A DNA stretch of 33,043 bases from an uncultured bacterium (GCA_964573245.1 CAZNJA010000013.1:1-33043), one strand, 5' to 3'. Counted from the first letter of the stretch, positions 15,472 through 25,885 are shown. Made by a program: numbers and translations. Notes: a model not told the origin generated them from the sequence alone.

Positions 15472-18276
15472 TTATTTTTTAAGAGCAACTATTCTATCAC
15501 ATCTTGGGCAAAGTTGGCTTATTTTGTCTATTTTTTTATCCCATTTCCAACATCTTGCGCATTTTTCACCCGGCGCTTTTTTGATTTCAATTCTTGCCCC
15601 GTTAGAAATAAGTTCCGACGAAATGTCGGAACTACCCGCCATTGTATCAGTGGCGGGATTTCTAATGGGGTTTATTTCAACATTTGAAACTATAAAAATA
15701 GTTGCCAAATCTTCTTTGGGTATACCTAGAGATTTTATGTATGAATCTTTTGTGCGCAGAATTACTTCTGCTTCCAAAGAGCCGCCTATTATTTGTTTTT
15801 GGCGCGCTTCTTCAAGGTATTTCTGAACGGTTTCTCTCAAGGCGAATATTTTTTGCCATTTTTGCTCTAATGCTTCGTCTATTTCTTGTTCATCGGTTAG
15901 ATTCGTCAAAAATACGGACTTTTCTTCGAAATCGCAGTTTTGCCATATTTCTTCTGCCGTAAAAGACATAAATGGCGCTATAAGTTGGGTCAGTGTTCTG
16001 AGAATGAAGTGCATGACTGTTTGAGCCGAACACCTTTCGGCAGAATCGGCTGGCAAAATATACAAGCGGTCTTTTAAAATGTCCAAATAAGTCGAACTCA
16101 TATCAACATTTGAAAATTGATAGAGCAACTGGTACGCTTTTATAAACTGAAAATTTTTATACGCCTGTCTTACATCTTTTAATAGCATAAGGCATTTGTT
16201 GTATGCCCACTTGTCAATTTCTAACCATTTATCCCGCGTAACTGCGTTTTGGGGATATTTAAAATCGTAGAGGTTCCCCAGTATAAATCTGGCGGTGTTT
16301 CGAATCTTTCTGTATGCTTCAACACATCGTTTTAGTATCTCTTCGCCGATTCTTATATCGTTTTCCCAGTCCGAAGACACAGCCCATAATCTTAAAATAT
16401 CCGCGCCGTAACTGTTAACGATAACCTGAGGATTAGTAACGTTTCCCATTGATTTGGACATTTTCTTGCCTTCGCTGTCGACTACGAACCCGTGTGTAAG
16501 AACTGTTTTGTATGGCGGTCCGTCGAATAAAGCAACTGATGTAAGTAGCGATGTTTGGAACCAGCCTCTATGCTGGTCGCTTCCTTCCAAATATAAATCA
16601 GCGGGCCAGTCTAACTGTTTGGAATCTTTTAAGACCGCAATGTGGGAGATGCCTGAATCCAGCCACACGTCAAGTATGTCTTTTTCTTTTCTAAAACCCT
16701 TAGTATTTTTGCATTTTGGACATGCGAAATCTTTCGGCAGGAATTTTTCCACTTCGTACTTAAACCATGCATCTGCTCCTTCTTTTGCGACAGTGTCCCT
16801 GACATTTTCCATTACGCGGCTGTTGAGAATTTCCACGCCGCATTTTTCGCAGTAAACTGCGGGTATTCCAACTCCCCATAATCTTTGCCGTGAAAGGCAC
16901 CAGTCAGGGCGGGTCTTTAACATTCCCTCTATTCGGTTTATGGAAATTCCAGGAGCCCATTGAACCTGTTTAACTTTTTCCAGAGCCCGTTGTCTTAAAT
17001 TTTTTCTGTCAACACCTATAAACCATTGTTTGCACGCTCTGAAAATTACGGGTTTTTTGCATCTCCAGCAGTGAGGATAAGAATGCTCTAATTTATCGCT
17101 TTTTAACAGAAGTCCTGTTTTGTCTAATAATTCCACAATGTAATCGTTGGCTTTAAAAACCTGTTTCCCGGTAAGTTCACCAACTTCGTCGGTAAAAAGC
17201 CCTTTTTCGTTTACAGGAGAGAAAATCGGCAGTTTATATTTTATTCCCGTAAGGTAATCTTCTTGCCCATGTCCGGGCGCTGTATGGACACAGCCGGTTC
17301 CTTCCTCCAAACTTATATAATTTGCGGTTACAGTTATGCCTTTCTTGTTGAAAAGCGGGTGCTTGTATTCCAATCCTTCTAGTTCTTTTCCTTTATTTGT
17401 TTTTGTGATTTTGTAGTCGCTGATTCCCAATTGTTCCATTACGGTTTTTACCAAATCCTTCGCTATAAGCCATGTTTCCGAATTTTTGATTTTTGATATT
17501 TTATTTTTTATTTTTACATCTACCCATGCGTAATCATATTCAGGATGCAAGGCAACCGCCAAGTTCGCGGGTATAGTCCACGGCGTTGTTGTCCATATAA
17601 TCACGAATTTGTTTTTTTCTTTTGTTAAAGGAAATTTTACCCAAATGGAGGGTGAGATATGCGGCGCATATTCTACTTCTGCTTCGGCTAAAGCGGTTTC
17701 GCAGGAAATGCACCAGTAAATAGGTTTTTTATCAAGATATACATAACCCTTTTTGGTAAGTTCTCTGAAAGCATCAATTATTTTACTTTCATAATCATAA
17801 CTCATGGTTATATATGGGTTGTCCCAATCCGCCAAAACTCCCAATCGCTTGAATTGTGTTCTTTGCCTGTCTACATAACTTTGAGCATATTCTCTTGCTT
17901 TTTTTCTAAATTCCAATATATCTATTTCTTCTTTTCTTTTGATATCCAGTTTTTTAAACAGTTGCAGTTCAACCGGCAGTCCGTGACAATCCCATCCTGG
18001 GGTAAAAGGAGTGGAATATCCTTCTAAACTTTTATATTTAATTACTATATCTTTAAGAATTTTGTTCATGGATTGGCCAAGATGAATGTCTCCGTTGGCA
18101 TAAGGGGGGCCATCATGAAGAATGTACTTTTTATTACTCTTGGAAAGCATCTTTTTATAGATGTCGTTCTCTTCCCAAAATTTTAAAGTGGCGGGTTCTT
18201 TTTGAGGCAAATTTGCCTTCATTTGGAACTTGGTTTTGGGAAGGTTTAGCGTGTGAGAATAATCTTTCTTTTCCAT
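15472..18276 (-). CDS. ileS: Isoleucyl-tRNA synthetase (type 1)
   Basis: HDGPPYANGDIHLGQ, GWDCHGLP, WTTTPWTIP, GSDQHRGWF, KMSKS, C-terminal CARCW...CPRC zinc finger. Confidence 0.98.
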   Translation of the reverse strand: MEKKDYSHTLNLPKTKFQMKANLPQKEPATLKFWEENDIYKKMLSKSNKKYILHDGPPYANGDIHLGQSMNKILKDIVIKYKSLEGYSTPFTPGWDCHGLPVELQLFKKLDIKRKEEIDILEFRKKAREYAQSYVDRQRTQFKRLGVLADWDNPYITMSYDYESKIIDAFRELTKKGYVYLDKKPIYWCISCETALAEAEVEYAPHISPSIWVKFPLTKEKNKFVIIWTTTPWTIPANLAVALHPEYDYAWVDVKIKNKISKIKNSETWLIAKDLVKTVMEQLGISDYKITKTNKGKELEGLEYKHPLFNKKGITVTANYISLEEGTGCVHTAPGHGQEDYLTGIKYKLPIFSPVNEKGLFTDEVGELTGKQVFKANDYIVELLDKTGLLLKSDKLEHSYPHCWRCKKPVIFRACKQWFIGVDRKNLRQRALEKVKQVQWAPGISINRIEGMLKTRPDWCLSRQRLWGVGIPAVYCEKCGVEILNSRVMENVRDTVAKEGADAWFKYEVEKFLPKDFACPKCKNTKGFRKEKDILDVWLDSGISHIAVLKDSKQLDWPADLYLEGSDQHRGWFQTSLLTSVALFDGPPYKTVLTHGFVVDSEGKKMSKSMGNVTNPQVIVNSYGADILRLWAVSSDWENDIRIGEEILKRCVEAYRKIRNTARFILGNLYDFKYPQNAVTRDKWLEIDKWAYNKCLMLLKDVRQAYKNFQFIKAYQLLYQFSNVDMSSTYLDILKDRLYILPADSAERCSAQTVMHFILRTLTQLIAPFMSFTAEEIWQNCDFEEKSVFLTNLTDEQEIDEALEQKWQKIFALRETVQKYLEEARQKQIIGGSLEAEVILRTKDSYIKSLGIPKEDLATIFIVSNVEINPIRNPATDTMAGSSDISSELISNGARIEIKKAPGEKCARCWKWDKKIDKISQLCPRCDRIVALKK
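15597..15670. mobile_element. 74-bp degenerate MITE-like element (copy 2), in frame within ileS
   Basis: CCCCGTTAGAAAT / ATTTCTAATGGGG termini; interior is two hairpins; flanks CTTG/TTTA are only a partial duplication. Confidence 0.8.
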
Positions 18277-18394
18277 AGTTTGTTTAATTTCCGCCTGCTT
18301 TGACGTAATGTCGGAGTGGGCAGATGTATGGTCGTTTTAAAATTCCCCGACAACTTCCGGGACGGGTGTGTTTAAACTTGTAATTTAAAGGCGT

Positions 18395-18422
18395 ATTATA
18401 CAGAAATTCGTTTGGAATGCAA
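18395..18422 (-). promoter_or_regulatory. Putative sigma-70 promoter of the ileS operon
   Basis: Minus strand TTGCAT-N16-TATAAT. Confidence 0.55.
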
Positions 18423-18462
18423 CATCTTTAACCCGCTGTGACTACAATGGGCGAGTGAACTA

Positions 18463-18492
18463 TTGACTTTTTATTTTATGATATACTACAAT
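18463..18492 (+). promoter_or_regulatory. Putative sigma-70 promoter of the ABC operon
   Basis: TTGACT-N18-TACAAT. Confidence 0.5.
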
Positions 18493-18525
18493 CTCGCATA
18501 AGGTTAATTTCAAACATTGGTTGTC

Positions 18526-20538
18526 ATGGAATATAAAAGAGAATTGTCCCTTAAAAAAACAAGCGTATTACTTATATCTTTGTTCGCATTTTTCTTTTTG
18601 TCTTGCCCGCAAATTTCCAACGCTCAAATTATCCCCCGCGATACCTGGCCAGAAAGCTGGTTTCATGCTCCCAAAACAGCTTCCGAACTGGGAATTACGA
18701 AATTTCACCAGTCCCCAATGTTAGATGAAGCAGTTACAAAAGGAGACATCCCTCCTGTAGAAGAGCGGCTTCCAAAGGACCCTCCTGTAATAGAGCCATA
18801 TGAAATAGGCCAATACGGAGGAACTGCCATAGTTTTTACAAGAAATGAGTTTGGAGAAGCGGATATGTTGAGTCCTCCCGCGCGAATGCTGATTATGGAT
18901 CCGGAACTAAAAAAAATATTTCCGCATTTTGCGAAAGGATGGGAATTTAAAGATGAGGGCAAAACATTAATTTTGCATTTTAGGGAAGGCATGAAATGGT
19001 CGGATGGCGCTCCCTATGGTCCGGATGATTGGCTATTATGGTATAACCAGGTGCTGCTAAATAAGGAAATGATGTCATACACTCCCAGAAGATGGAAGTT
19101 GGGAGGAGAGTTGGTCAAACTTGAAAAAATTGACGATTATACTCTCGCATTTCATTCCGTTGTTCCCAATCCTTATCTTATAAATATGCTGGCGCAGGGT
19201 TTGGATGTGAAATGGAATTCTCCCCCTGCTCATTATCTTAAACAGTTCCATCCCGATTTTGTTGACAAAGAAGAACTGATAAAAGAAGCGAAGAGACATG
19301 GCCGTGAAAGATGGACTGATTATTTCGGTTGGAGAGCTTTTTCTTTGGACGATGATGAGGCGGGCACTCCTGTCATGCGCCCTTTTGTTACTGTTTTGGA
19401 TACACCGACCTTGATAGTTCTTGAAAGGAATCCCTATTATCCTTTTATTGACCCTGAGGGCAATCAATTGCCTTATATAGATAGAATACAAGTCCATAAA
19501 GTCCAAGACGAAGAAATGATGACTGCGAAGGCGGCAACAGGACAGGCGACTTTTGCCGGACAAGCCACAAAAACATCCGATATACCTCTGTTTAAATTAT
19601 ATGAAGAAAAGTCCGGATACAAGACATATATTTGGCGACGTATCCATGCGGCTGACGTTACTTTTCAGTTTAATTTTAACGCTTTGATTTCTGCAGGAAA
19701 GCCGGATATCGAACTTCGTGAAATATTTTGGGATCCCCGTTTTAGAAAGGCCATGTCGCTTGCAATAGATAGAAACGAAATAAATAAGGTAGTTTATTTT
19801 GGACGCGCAGTCCCCCGTCAGACAACGGTCCTTCCCACAAGCAAGTTTTATGAAGAAGAATTTGCTCAAAGTTATGCGCAGTATGACCCGCAGGAAGCAA
19901 AACGACTTCTTGATGAGATGGGTATGAAAGATGTAAACGGGGACGGGGTTCGCGAAAAGCCCAACGGCAAACCGTTTGATGTTACGCTTGAATGGACGCC
20001 TATGGAAACGCCCAAAGAATTGATTACCGAACTTGTGACTGACCAATGGCGTAAGGTGGGCATTAATATATCTTTAAAATCTCTTCAGTCTAATTTTTTG
20101 CTTACCAGAGTCAATGCTTCTCTGCCGCAGATGGGGCTTTGGCACGCGGACCGCTGCACAGATATTTTATTTCCCGTAGAGCCGTATTGGTTTGCTCCGA
20201 TACATATATATTTTGAAAAGTGTATGTGGAACGAATGGACAAGATGGCTTCTGACGGGAGGTGAACATGGCGAAGAGCCCCCTCAAGTAGCTAAGGATTT
20301 ATTTAATTGGTGGGAAGAAATGAATACAACTTTTGATGATGAGAGGCGATTGGAATTAGGTAAAAAAATCTTGCAATCACAAGCAGAAAATATATGGACA
20401 ATAGGAACTGTGGGAATTGCTCCGCATCCCATAATAGTGAGTAATAAATTGCATAATGTTCCTAAAAACGGATACTGGGGATGGGATGGGAGATGGAGCG
20501 CTCCATATTATCCCGAAACATGGTATTTAAAGGAATAG
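18526..20538 (+). CDS. ABC transporter substrate-binding protein, family 5 (Opp/Dpp-like, possibly oligosaccharide-binding)
   Basis: QSPML...PPVEERLP...GQYGG, REGMKWSDG, ERNPYY...GNQLPYIDRI, FRKAMSLAIDR; exact start uncertain (TTG 18517 or ATG 18526). Confidence 0.92.
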   Translation: MEYKRELSLKKTSVLLISLFAFFFLSCPQISNAQIIPRDTWPESWFHAPKTASELGITKFHQSPMLDEAVTKGDIPPVEERLPKDPPVIEPYEIGQYGGTAIVFTRNEFGEADMLSPPARMLIMDPELKKIFPHFAKGWEFKDEGKTLILHFREGMKWSDGAPYGPDDWLLWYNQVLLNKEMMSYTPRRWKLGGELVKLEKIDDYTLAFHSVVPNPYLINMLAQGLDVKWNSPPAHYLKQFHPDFVDKEELIKEAKRHGRERWTDYFGWRAFSLDDDEAGTPVMRPFVTVLDTPTLIVLERNPYYPFIDPEGNQLPYIDRIQVHKVQDEEMMTAKAATGQATFAGQATKTSDIPLFKLYEEKSGYKTYIWRRIHAADVTFQFNFNALISAGKPDIELREIFWDPRFRKAMSLAIDRNEINKVVYFGRAVPRQTTVLPTSKFYEEEFAQSYAQYDPQEAKRLLDEMGMKDVNGDGVREKPNGKPFDVTLEWTPMETPKELITELVTDQWRKVGINISLKSLQSNFLLTRVNASLPQMGLWHADRCTDILFPVEPYWFAPIHIYFEKCMWNEWTRWLLTGGEHGEEPPQVAKDLFNWWEEMNTTFDDERRLELGKKILQSQAENIWTIGTVGIAPHPIIVSNKLHNVPKNGYWGWDGRWSAPYYPETWYLKE

Positions 20539-20552
20539 GAAGGTAATTAATC

Positions 20553-21536
20553 ATGACGCAATTTCTTATCAGAAGATTTTTCTTGATGTTGGTTACGATA
20601 TTTATAATATCGATTCTTACCTTTATTATAATCCAATTGCCGCCCGGAGATGTTTTGACTTCGAAAATTCAAAGGCTGCAAGCAGAAGGCGCAGAGGCAA
20701 GTTTGGAGGTAATAGAATCCTATCGCGTTAGGTATGGTCTGGATAAGCCAATGTATATTCAGTATTTCATTTGGATTGGTAATTTTATGACCGGAGATAT
20801 GGGACAATCCTTTATCCATAATAAACAAGTAAACCAACTTGTCTGGGACAGGATAGGATATACGGCGCTAATTGCTTTTCTTTCTCTTATTCTTACATGG
20901 GTTGTTTCCCTGCCTATCGGCATTTATTCAGCGGTTAGGCGCTATACCATTCCCGATTATATTCTTACTTTTTTGGGGTTTATAGGAATTGCCACTCCTG
21001 CTTTTATGTTGGCTTTAGTAGTTATGTATTTTGCTTTTGACCAGTGGGGAATAAGTGTAGGCGGACTTTTTTCTCCTGAAATGGAGATTGCCTCGTGGAG
21101 TTGGGCAAAATTCGTGGATTTATTAAAACATGCTTGGATTGCTATTGTTATAGTTGGCTTTAGTGGAGTTGCAACTTCTATTAGGGTTCTGCGAGCTAAT
21201 TTAATTGATGAACTGGAAAAGCCATATGTTAGAACTGCGCGGGCCAAAGGAGTAAGCCCGTTGAAATTACTCATCAAATATCCTGTCCGAATAGCGCTGA
21301 ATCCTTTCTTAAGCACCGTCGGTTGGACCTTGCCGTTTTTATTTTCAGGAACGGTTATTGTTTCGATAGTTCTTTCACTCCCGACGATTGGTCCTATTCT
21401 TTTCAATTCTCTTATGGATCAGGATATGTTTTTGGCTGCAAGTCTTATATTTATAACAAGTTCTTTAACTGTGGTGGGAACGCTTGTGTCTGATATTCTG
21501 CTTGCGCTTTCCGACCCGCGAATTAGATACGAATAA
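20553..21536 (+). CDS. ABC permease, OppB/DppB-like
   Basis: LPPGD, YGLDKP..IQY, YVRTARAKG, DPRIR. Confidence 0.93.
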   Translation: MTQFLIRRFFLMLVTIFIISILTFIIIQLPPGDVLTSKIQRLQAEGAEASLEVIESYRVRYGLDKPMYIQYFIWIGNFMTGDMGQSFIHNKQVNQLVWDRIGYTALIAFLSLILTWVVSLPIGIYSAVRRYTIPDYILTFLGFIGIATPAFMLALVVMYFAFDQWGISVGGLFSPEMEIASWSWAKFVDLLKHAWIAIVIVGFSGVATSIRVLRANLIDELEKPYVRTARAKGVSPLKLLIKYPVRIALNPFLSTVGWTLPFLFSGTVIVSIVLSLPTIGPILFNSLMDQDMFLAASLIFITSSLTVVGTLVSDILLALSDPRIRYE

Positions 21537-21537
21537 G

Positions 21538-22704
21538 ATGAGTGAAATAGAAAAAGAAGAACAGATAATTGCCGAAGAAAGCGCTAAAGATAAAAAACTT
21601 TCTTCGAAAGAAGAAAAACTCTATGTAGCTTCGCAGTGGCGTCTGATGTGGTGGAGATTCAAACGCCATAAATTAGCAATGGCTTCAGCGGTTGTTTTGG
21701 CTATTTTTTATCTTGTCGCAATGTTCTGCGAAGTTGTTGCCCCTTATGAACCGCTTTACAGAGATACAGATTATGTTCAAGCACCTCCGCAGAAAATTCA
21801 TTTTGTTGACGAAAACGACAAGTTCCATTTGAGACCTTTTGTTTATAGGACAACTCAAATTCTTGACTTGGAGACGTGGGAAAGGAAAGCTGTTGAAGAT
21901 AAGTCCAAACAATATCCTATCCGTTTCTTCGTGCGTGGTGACAAATATAAATTTTGGAGTCTCTTTTATTCAGATATGCATTTATTCGGAGTAGAAAAAG
22001 GCGGGAATATGCACCTTTTGGGAACCGATAGATTAGGCCGCGATATGCTGAGTCGTATTATCTACGGTTCAAGAATTTCTTTATCCATAGGTCTTATAGG
22101 CATTGTAATAAGTTTCTTTTTGGGAATTGCTATAGGTGGAGTTGCTGGTTATTTTGGAGGTGTTATTGATAATATTATACAACGTATGATAGAAACACTT
22201 ATATCGATACCGGGGCTTCCTTTGTGGATGGCTCTCGGCGCGGCGCTTCCTGCTACTTGGCCTCCTTTAAAAATATATTTCGGAATGACCGTTATTATGT
22301 CGATTATAGGATGGACCGGACTTGCTCGTGTTGTTAGAGGAAAATTCCTGTCTTTACGAGAAGAGGATTTTGTTGTTGCTGCGCAGCTTTGCGGGACAAG
22401 CGAATCTAAAATTATAGTTAGGCATCTGTTACCGTCATTTATGAGCCATATAATTGTTTCATTGACTTTGGCGCTTCCGGGAATGATATTGGGCGAAACT
22501 ACTTTAAGTTTTATAGGAATAGGACTTAGGCCTCCTGTTGTAAGTTGGGGCGTTTTACTTAATGGTTCTCAAAATGTTCAGGCAGTGGCTATGGCTCCCT
22601 GGCTTTTATTTCCAGCACTGTTTGTGATTGTAGCAGTTTTGGCGTTTAACTTTTTTGGAGACGGACTTAGAGATGCGGCTGACCCGTATTCTACGAACGA
22701 ATAA
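21538..22704 (+). CDS. ABC permease, OppC/DppC-like
   Basis: LLGTDRLGRDMLSR, REEDFVVAA, GDGLRDAADP; ATG 21538 follows the upstream stop. Confidence 0.93.
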   Translation: MSEIEKEEQIIAEESAKDKKLSSKEEKLYVASQWRLMWWRFKRHKLAMASAVVLAIFYLVAMFCEVVAPYEPLYRDTDYVQAPPQKIHFVDENDKFHLRPFVYRTTQILDLETWERKAVEDKSKQYPIRFFVRGDKYKFWSLFYSDMHLFGVEKGGNMHLLGTDRLGRDMLSRIIYGSRISLSIGLIGIVISFFLGIAIGGVAGYFGGVIDNIIQRMIETLISIPGLPLWMALGAALPATWPPLKIYFGMTVIMSIIGWTGLARVVRGKFLSLREEDFVVAAQLCGTSESKIIVRHLLPSFMSHIIVSLTLALPGMILGETTLSFIGIGLRPPVVSWGVLLNGSQNVQAVAMAPWLLFPALFVIVAVLAFNFFGDGLRDAADPYSTNE

Positions 22705-22721
22705 TTATGGAGTGAAAATTT

Positions 22722-23786
22722 ATGTCAGTAAATGCTGTAGAGATTGAAAAAGCGGAAAGTAAGCAAACTGCTTCAAAAGAAGTTATTCTCGATGTAAAGG
22801 ATTTGAAAGTAAAATTTCTTACTGATGAGGGAAAAGTGCATGCGGTTAATGGCGTTGACTTTAAAGTAGAATCAGGCGGTTCAGTTGGTATTTTAGGAGA
22901 AAGCGGCTGCGGCAAGACAATGACTGCTTATTCTATCCTACAAATATTGCCCCGCGTTAAAAAAATTGTGACTGGAAAAATTAATTTTAAAACAAAAGAC
23001 GGCAGAATTCAGGATTTACTTAAACTTGAAGCCGACGGCAAAGAAATACGAAAGATACGAGGAAAAGAAATATCAATGATATTTCAGGAGCCAATGACGG
23101 CGTTTAGCCCTGTTTATACCGTTTGCAACCAGATTTCCGAAGCGCTTATGATCCATCAGGCAATGGATAAAATAGCCGCGAGGGAAAGGTCAATAAAGCT
23201 TCTCGACCTTGTTGGCATACCCGACCCGGAAAGAACGGTTGATTCTTATCCGTTTCAATTAAGCGGCGGAATGAGACAAAGAGCGATGATTGCTATGGCG
23301 CTTGCCTGTAATCCTCGTATATTGATAGCAGACGAGCCGACTACGGCGCTTGACGTTACCATTCAGGCGCAGGTTCTTAAATTGATAAAAAGCATACAAA
23401 AAGAGTTCAATCTTTCGCTTATCCTTATCACTCATAATTTGGGAGTTATCGCGCATATGGTAGATTATGTATATGTAATGTATCTGGGTAGGATAGTGGA
23501 AGAAGGACCTGTTGCCGAGATATTCGACAATCCGAGCCATCCCTATACAAAAGCTTTATTTAAATCTATACCCAAATTGGGTGGAAACAAAGAAAAAATA
23601 TATCCGATAGAGGGCACTGTTCCAGATGCTTATGTTTTGCCGACAGGATGCGCTTTCCATACACGTTGCAAAGAAATGGTAGGAGATATTTGCCGTTTAA
23701 AAATACCCGGCCAAACAAAAATATCCGAAGAACACTATGTAAACTGTTTTAAATATTCCAACGAGGAAATTATAGAAAATGTCTGA
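22722..23786 (+). CDS. ABC ATPase, OppD/DppD-like
   Basis: GESGCGKT, LSGGMRQR, ADEPTTALD, HPYT, GCAFHTRC. Confidence 0.95.
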   Translation: MSVNAVEIEKAESKQTASKEVILDVKDLKVKFLTDEGKVHAVNGVDFKVESGGSVGILGESGCGKTMTAYSILQILPRVKKIVTGKINFKTKDGRIQDLLKLEADGKEIRKIRGKEISMIFQEPMTAFSPVYTVCNQISEALMIHQAMDKIAARERSIKLLDLVGIPDPERTVDSYPFQLSGGMRQRAMIAMALACNPRILIADEPTTALDVTIQAQVLKLIKSIQKEFNLSLILITHNLGVIAHMVDYVYVMYLGRIVEEGPVAEIFDNPSHPYTKALFKSIPKLGGNKEKIYPIEGTVPDAYVLPTGCAFHTRCKEMVGDICRLKIPGQTKISEEHYVNCFKYSNEEIIENV

Positions 23787-24804
23787 AAATCATAACGAAC
23801 CTATTTTGGAAGTGCAGGAGTTAAAGAAATATTTTTCTGTCAAACAAGGGTTTTTTAAAAAATCCACAGGAGTCGTAAAGGCAGTGGATGATGTGACTTT
23901 TTCTATTTATAAAGGAGAAACGCTTGGTCTGGTAGGGGAGAGCGGAAGTGGAAAAACCACAGTTGCAAAAGTAATAATGCGCGCTTATGACCCCACAAGC
24001 GGCAAAATTTTTATCAAAACAGCCGAAGGCAACCGAGTGGATATGGCTGAATTGGACAGAAAAGATTTAAAATCCGTGCGTAAAAATATCCAAATGATTT
24101 TTCAGGACCCGTATTCCTCTCTTAATCCCCGCATGCCTGTTTTTGATTTAATTGCAGAGCCGCTGCAGGCTTACGGATGGAATCGAGCAAAATGCGTGCA
24201 GAGAATCGGCGAACTTTTGAGTTTGGTCGGGCTTAATCCTCGTTATATGCGTCGTTATCCGCATGCTTTTAGCGGCGGACAGAGACAAAGAATAAGTATT
24301 GCTCGGGCGCTTGCTTTAAGTCCTTCGATTATTGTTGCGGATGAACCTGCTTCCGCTTTGGATGTGTCTGTTCAAGCCCAAATTCTTAATCTTCTCGAGG
24401 ATATGCAGGAAAAATTAAATTTGACATATCTTTTCATAACTCATGACTTGAGCGTTGTCAGATATCTTTGCGATAGGGTGGCAGTTATGTATGCCGGAAG
24501 ATTAATGGAAGTAGCAAAAACAGAAGAACTTTTCACCAAACCATTACATCCTTATACAAGCGCGCTACTTTCGGCAGTGCCCGATGCTGACCCTCATCAA
24601 AGGTGGTTTGAAGAAACTGTTTCCGGCGAAATAATCGACCTTTCAAAAGAAATACGAGGTTGTCCGTTTGCCCCAAGATGTAAATATGCTGTTCAAAGAT
24701 GCCATGATGTTCCCCCGCTTTTGGAAAACAAAATCGGAGACAAAGAAAACCCTCATTTTGCCGCATGCCACAGAAGCAATGAGATACAATTAAAAGGCGT
24801 ATGA
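23779..24804 (+). CDS. ABC ATPase, OppF/DppF-like
   Basis: GESGSGKT, FSGGQRQR, ADEPASALD, HPYT, GCPFAPRC. Confidence 0.95.
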   Translation: MSENHNEPILEVQELKKYFSVKQGFFKKSTGVVKAVDDVTFSIYKGETLGLVGESGSGKTTVAKVIMRAYDPTSGKIFIKTAEGNRVDMAELDRKDLKSVRKNIQMIFQDPYSSLNPRMPVFDLIAEPLQAYGWNRAKCVQRIGELLSLVGLNPRYMRRYPHAFSGGQRQRISIARALALSPSIIVADEPASALDVSVQAQILNLLEDMQEKLNLTYLFITHDLSVVRYLCDRVAVMYAGRLMEVAKTEELFTKPLHPYTSALLSAVPDADPHQRWFEETVSGEIIDLSKEIRGCPFAPRCKYAVQRCHDVPPLLENKIGDKENPHFAACHRSNEIQLKGV

Positions 24805-24809
24805 GCTTT

Positions 24810-24940
24810 AAATTTCCAAATTCCAAATTACAAGCACCAAATAAACATCAATTAACCAAATTCCAATGACCGGAAAGATTGTTTGAGGTTTTAGTCATTG
24901 GATTATTGTACATTATTTAAGATTTGGTTATTGTAATTTA
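24810..24940. repeat. Imperfect inverted heptamer array (CCAAATT-type) between convergent genes
   Basis: Left arm ..AAATTACAA..ACCAAAT..TCCAATGAC; right arm GTCATTGGA..ATTTGGT..TTGTAATTT. Confidence 0.75.
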
Positions 24941-25003
24941 CTGCCTTTTGAATTCTAATATTGTTGTATTTAAGTATTTATGTTGCTCAATGTGATAAAA
25001 AGA

Positions 25004-25885
25004 TTATCCCCGCGGGTGATATTTCTTGTGAATTTCTTTTAAAATTTTCCTATTAAGTTGCGTATAAATCTGTGTTGTAGAAATGTCTGCATGTCCCAAC
25101 ATTTCCTGAACGCTTCGAAGGTCTGCTCCGCCTTCCAGTAAATGCGTGGCAAAAGAATGTCTGAAAGTGTGAGGAGAAATTTTTGCAATTCCGCTCTTTC
25201 TTCCGTATTTTTTAATTATTTTCCAAATGCTTTGCCTTGAAAGTTTCTTCCCGCTTTTATTTAAAAATACATAGTTAGAATCTATCCCTTTACTAAAGCT
25301 TTCTCTCGCGTTCCGTATGTATTTTTCAAGCCAGTTTCTCGCGTGTTTCCCCATTGGAACGACTCTTTCCTTTGAGCCCTTCCCCAAAACCCGCACATAA
25401 CCGATTTCTGTATCTGTGTTTTCTATTTTTAAATCGGCGATTTCCGAAACTCTGATTCCTGTAGCATATAATAATTCCAGAAGGGTTCTGTCTCTCAAAT
25501 TCGTTTTTTTTTCGGTGTTGATGTTTTCAAGTATTGATTTTATTTGTTCTGCGGATAAAACAATCGGAAGGTGACGTTCTCTTTTAAAGGATTCCAAAAT
25601 CATAGTTGGGTCTTCTTTTATATATTTCTGACTCGACAAAAATTTATAGAAACTTCGAATAGTGGAAACCTTGCGAACAATGGAATGAGAAGAAAGGTTC
25701 TGCTTTCTTAAATATTCTATATACAATACAAGCTTTGGATAGCGGACAGCTTCAAAAGAGATGTTTTCTTTGGAAAGGAAGGCGAAGAAATCCCCCAAAT
25801 CCGTTTTATATGCTTGAATAGTATTTTTGGAAAGCCCTCTTTCGATTATCAAAAACTGCAAAAATTCTTCGATTTTCTGATTCAT
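25004..25885 (-). CDS. xerD: Site-specific tyrosine recombinase XerD
   Basis: IERGLSKNTIQAY, LYATGIRVSE, GKGSKERVVP, HTFRHSFATHLLEGGADLRSVQEMLGHADISTTQIYT, HPRG. Confidence 0.93.
   Translation of the reverse strand: MNQKIEEFLQFLIIERGLSKNTIQAYKTDLGDFFAFLSKENISFEAVRYPKLVLYIEYLRKQNLSSHSIVRKVSTIRSFYKFLSSQKYIKEDPTMILESFKRERHLPIVLSAEQIKSILENINTEKKTNLRDRTLLELLYATGIRVSEIADLKIENTDTEIGYVRVLGKGSKERVVPMGKHARNWLEKYIRNARESFSKGIDSNYVFLNKSGKKLSRQSIWKIIKKYGRKSGIAKISPHTFRHSFATHLLEGGADLRSVQEMLGHADISTTQIYTQLNRKILKEIHKKYHPRG

Noticed and set aside
18277-18400. T-box riboswitch upstream of ileS
   Set aside because: The leader is too short and no T-box motif is seen; the hairpins resemble the dispersed palindromes.
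25004-25885. Phage or island integrase
   Set aside because: Length and motifs match housekeeping XerD; no att sites, tRNA or phage genes nearby. No evidence links it to the small elements.
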